Source: Eledone cirrhosa
Lineage: Eukaryota
Direction of reading: 5' to 3'
NCBI GenBank assembly: GCA_964016885.1
Contig: OZ024740.1
Span: forward strand, 23,560,001-23,624,000
Length of the DNA stretch: 64,000 bases
Under the pieces are notes generated by a model. It was not told the origin of the DNA. It saw only the letters and a program-made list of their open reading frames with translations, and did no database searches. Every line of letters starts with the position of its first letter. Position 1 is the first letter of the stretch. Both the position numbers and the translations under genes were made by a program. Below, piece after piece: positions 59,901 through 64,000 of this stretch.

Positions 59901-62900
59901 TACAACAGCATCAACAACAACATATACAACAGCATCAACAACATATACAACAGCATCAACAACATCATGTACAACAGCATCAACAACATATACAACAGCA
60001 TCAACAACACCATATACAACAGCATCAACAACAACATATACAACAGCATCTACAACACCATATACAACAGCATCAACAACAACATATACAACAGCAACAA
60101 CAACAACATATACAACTGCAACAACAACACCATATACAACAGCATCAACAACATCATATACAACAGCATCAACAACATATACAACAGCATCAACAACATC
60201 ATATACAACAGCAACAACAACAACATACACAACAGCATCAACAACAACATATACAACAGCATCAACAACATATACAACAGCATCAACAACATATACAACA
60301 GCATAAACAACAACATATACAACAGCATCAACACCATATACAACAGCATCAACAACAACATATACAACAGCATCAACAACATATACAACAGCATCAACAA
60401 CACCATATACAACAGCATCAACAACAACATATACAACAGCAACAACAACAACATACACAACAGCATCAACAACAACATATACAACAGCATCAACAACATA
60501 TACAACAGCATCAACAACACCATATACAACAGCATCAACAACAACATATACAACAGCATCAACAACATATACAACAGCATCAACAACATCATATACAACA
60601 GCATCAACAACATATACAACAGCATCAACAACACCATATACAACAGCATCAACAACACCATATACAACAGCAACAACAACAACATATACAACAGCATCAA
60701 CAACACCATATACAACAGCATCAACAACAACATATACAACAGCAACAACAACAACATATACAACAGCAACAACAACACCATATTCAACAGCATCAACAAC
60801 ATCATATACAACAGCATCAACAACATATACAACAGCATCAACAACATCATATACAACAGCAACAACAACAACATATACAACAGCATCAACAACAACATAT
60901 ACAACAGCAACAACAACAACATGTACAACAGCATCAACAACAACATATACAACAGCATCAACAACATATACAACAGCATCAACAACATCATATACAACAG
61001 CAACAACAACACCATATACAACAGCATCAACAACAACATATACAACAGCATAAACAACAACATATACAACAGCATCAACACCATATACAACAGTATCAAC
61101 AACAACATATACAACAGCATCAACAACATATACAACAGCATCAACAACACCATATACAACAGCATCAACAACAACATATACAACAGCATCAACAACATAT
61201 ACAACAGCATCAACAACATCATATACAACAGCATCAACAACATATACATCAGCATCAACAACACCATATACAACAGCATCAACAACACCATATACAACAG
61301 CATCAACAACAACATACACAACAGCATCAACAACACCATATACAACAGCATCAACAACAACATATACAACAGCAACAACAACAACATATACAACTGCAAC
61401 AACAACACCATATACAACAGCATCAACAACATCATATACAACAGCATCAACAACATATACAACAGCATCAACAACATCATATACAACAGCAACAACAACA
61501 ACATACACAACAGCATCAACAACAACATATACAACAGCATCAACAACATGTACAACAGCATCAACAACATATACAACAGCATAAACAACAACATATACAA
61601 CAGCATCAACACCATATACAACAGCATCAACAACAACATATACAACAGCATCAACAACATATACAACAGCATCAACAACACCATATACAACAGCATCAAC
61701 AACAACATATACAACAGCAACAACAACAACATACACAACATCATCAACAACAACATATACAACAGCATCAACAACACCATATACAACAGCATCAACAACA
61801 ACATATACAACAGCATCAACAACATATACAACAGCATCAACAACATCATATACAACAGCATCAACAACATATACAACAGCATCAACAACACCATATCAAC
61901 AGCATCAACAACACCATATACAACAGCATCAACAACAACATATACAACAGCATCAACAACACCATATACAACAGCATCAACAACAACATATACAACAGCA
62001 ACAACAACAACATATACAACAGCAACAACAACACCATATACAACAGCATCAACAACATCATATACAACAGCATCAACAACATATACAACAGCATCAACAA
62101 CATCATATACAACAGCAACAACAACAACATATACAACAGCATCAACAACAACATATACAACAGCAACAACAACAACATGTACAACAGCATCAACAACAAC
62201 ATATACAACAGCATCAACAACATATACAACAGCATCAACAACATCATATACAACAGCAACAACAACACCATATACAACAGCATCAACAACATCATATACA
62301 ACAGCATCAACAACATATACAACAGCATCAACAACATATACAACAGCATCAACAACATCATATACAACAGCAACAACAACACCATATACAACAGCATCAA
62401 TAACATCATATACAACAGCATCAACAACATATACAACAGCAACAACAACAACATATACAACAGCATCAACAACAACATATACAACAGCATCAACAACACC
62501 ATATACAATAGCATCAACAACAACATATACAACAGCAACAACAACATATACAACAGCATCAACAACACCATATACAACAGCATCAACAACAACATATACA
62601 ACAGCATCAACAACATCATATACAACAGCATCAACAACATCATATACAACGGCATCAACAACACCATATACAACAGCATCAACAACAACATATACAACAG
62701 CATCAACAACATATACAACAGCATCAACAACATCATATACAACAGCATCAACAACACCATATACAACAGCATCAACAACACCATATACAACAGCATCAAC
62801 AACAACATATACAACAGCATCAACAACACCATATACAACAGCATCAACAACATATACAACATTAACAACATCATATACAACAGCATCAACGACAACATAT

Positions 62901-64000
62901 ACAACAGCAACAACAACATCATATACAACAGCAACAACAACAACATATACAACAGCAACAACAACAACATATACAACAGCAACAACAACATCATATACAA
63001 CAGCAACAACAACAACATATACAACAGCAACAACAACACCATATACAACAGCAACAACAACATATACAACAGCATCAATAACACCATATACAACAGCATC
63101 AACAACATCATATACAACAGCATCAACAACAACATATACAACAGCATCAACACCATATACAACAGTATCAACAACAACATATACAACAGCATCAACAACA
63201 TATACAACAGCATCAACAACACCATATACAACAGCATCAACAACAACATATACAACAGCATCAACAACATATACAACAGCATCAACAACATCATGTACAA
63301 CAGCATCAACAACATATACAACAGCATCAACAACACCATATACAACAGCATCAACAACAACATATACAACAGCATCTACAACACCATATACAACAGCATC
63401 AACAACAACATATACAACAGCAACAACAACAACATATACAACAGCAACAACAACAACATATACAACAGCAACAACAACATCATATACAACAGCAACAACA
63501 ACAACATATACAACAGCAACAACAACAACATATACAACAGCAACAACAGCATCATATACAACAGCAACAACAACAACATATACAACAGCATCAACAACAA
63601 ATACAACAGCAACAACAACATCATATACAACAGCAACAACAACAACATATACAACAGCAACAACAACAACATATACAACAGCAACAACAACATCATATAC
63701 AACAGCAACAACAACATCATATACAACAGCATCAACAACATATACAACATTAACAACATCATATACAACAGCATCAACGACAACATATACAACAGCAACA
63801 ACAACATCATATACAACAGCAACAACAACAACATATACAACAGCAACAACAACAACATATACAACAGCAACAACAACATCATATACAACAGCAACAACAA
63901 CATATACAACAGCAACAACAACACCATATACAACAGCAACAACAACATATACAACAGCATCAATAACACCATATACAACAGCATCAACAACATCATATAC
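38986..64000. repeat. >25-kb CAA-based satellite, unit about ATATACAACAGCA(A/T)CAACAAC(AAC/ATC/ACC), mostly 21-24 bp; runs off the window
   Basis: Continuous array; unit lengths vary almost only in steps of 3 nt; the plus strand is extremely A/C-rich; kb-scale internal duplications are visible. Confidence 0.97.

Noticed and set aside
38863-63996. Very long minus-strand ORFs (poly L/M/Y and V/A/Y/D, up to 3610 aa)
   Set aside because: They are by-products of a TTG-rich, triplet-phased satellite that rarely forms stops; no domain content.

Overview
Gene-poor, repeat-dominated animal genomic DNA; the SINE family and microsatellite load suggest a cephalopod (octopus-like) genome, which is inference only. 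I cannot support any host gene. 1-10.1 kb holds two head-to-tail, decayed copies of an L1/Tx1-type LINE ending in (TATC)n tracts. 10.2-37.2 kb is a mosaic of (TA)n/(CA)n/(GA)n microsatellites, a 3.9-kb 25-bp minisatellite, paired tRNA-derived SINEs, RTE and CR1-like LINE remnants and a 5'-truncated Penelope-like element (PLE: RT plus C-terminal GIY-YIG). Many short unrelated segments between the (TA)n tracts form long fold-back palindromes and carry type-I hammerhead ribozyme (HHR) motifs. Reading by eye, three loci have the full fold (10.8, 17.0 and 22.1-22.4 kb, the last on both strands), one is a minimal motif with a weak stem II (30.9 kb) and several are variant or truncated. 39-64 kb is a >25-kb CAA-based satellite with triplet-phased units and kb-scale higher-order repeats. 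The most interesting signal is the multi-family, (TA)n-embedded, fold-back hammerhead system.
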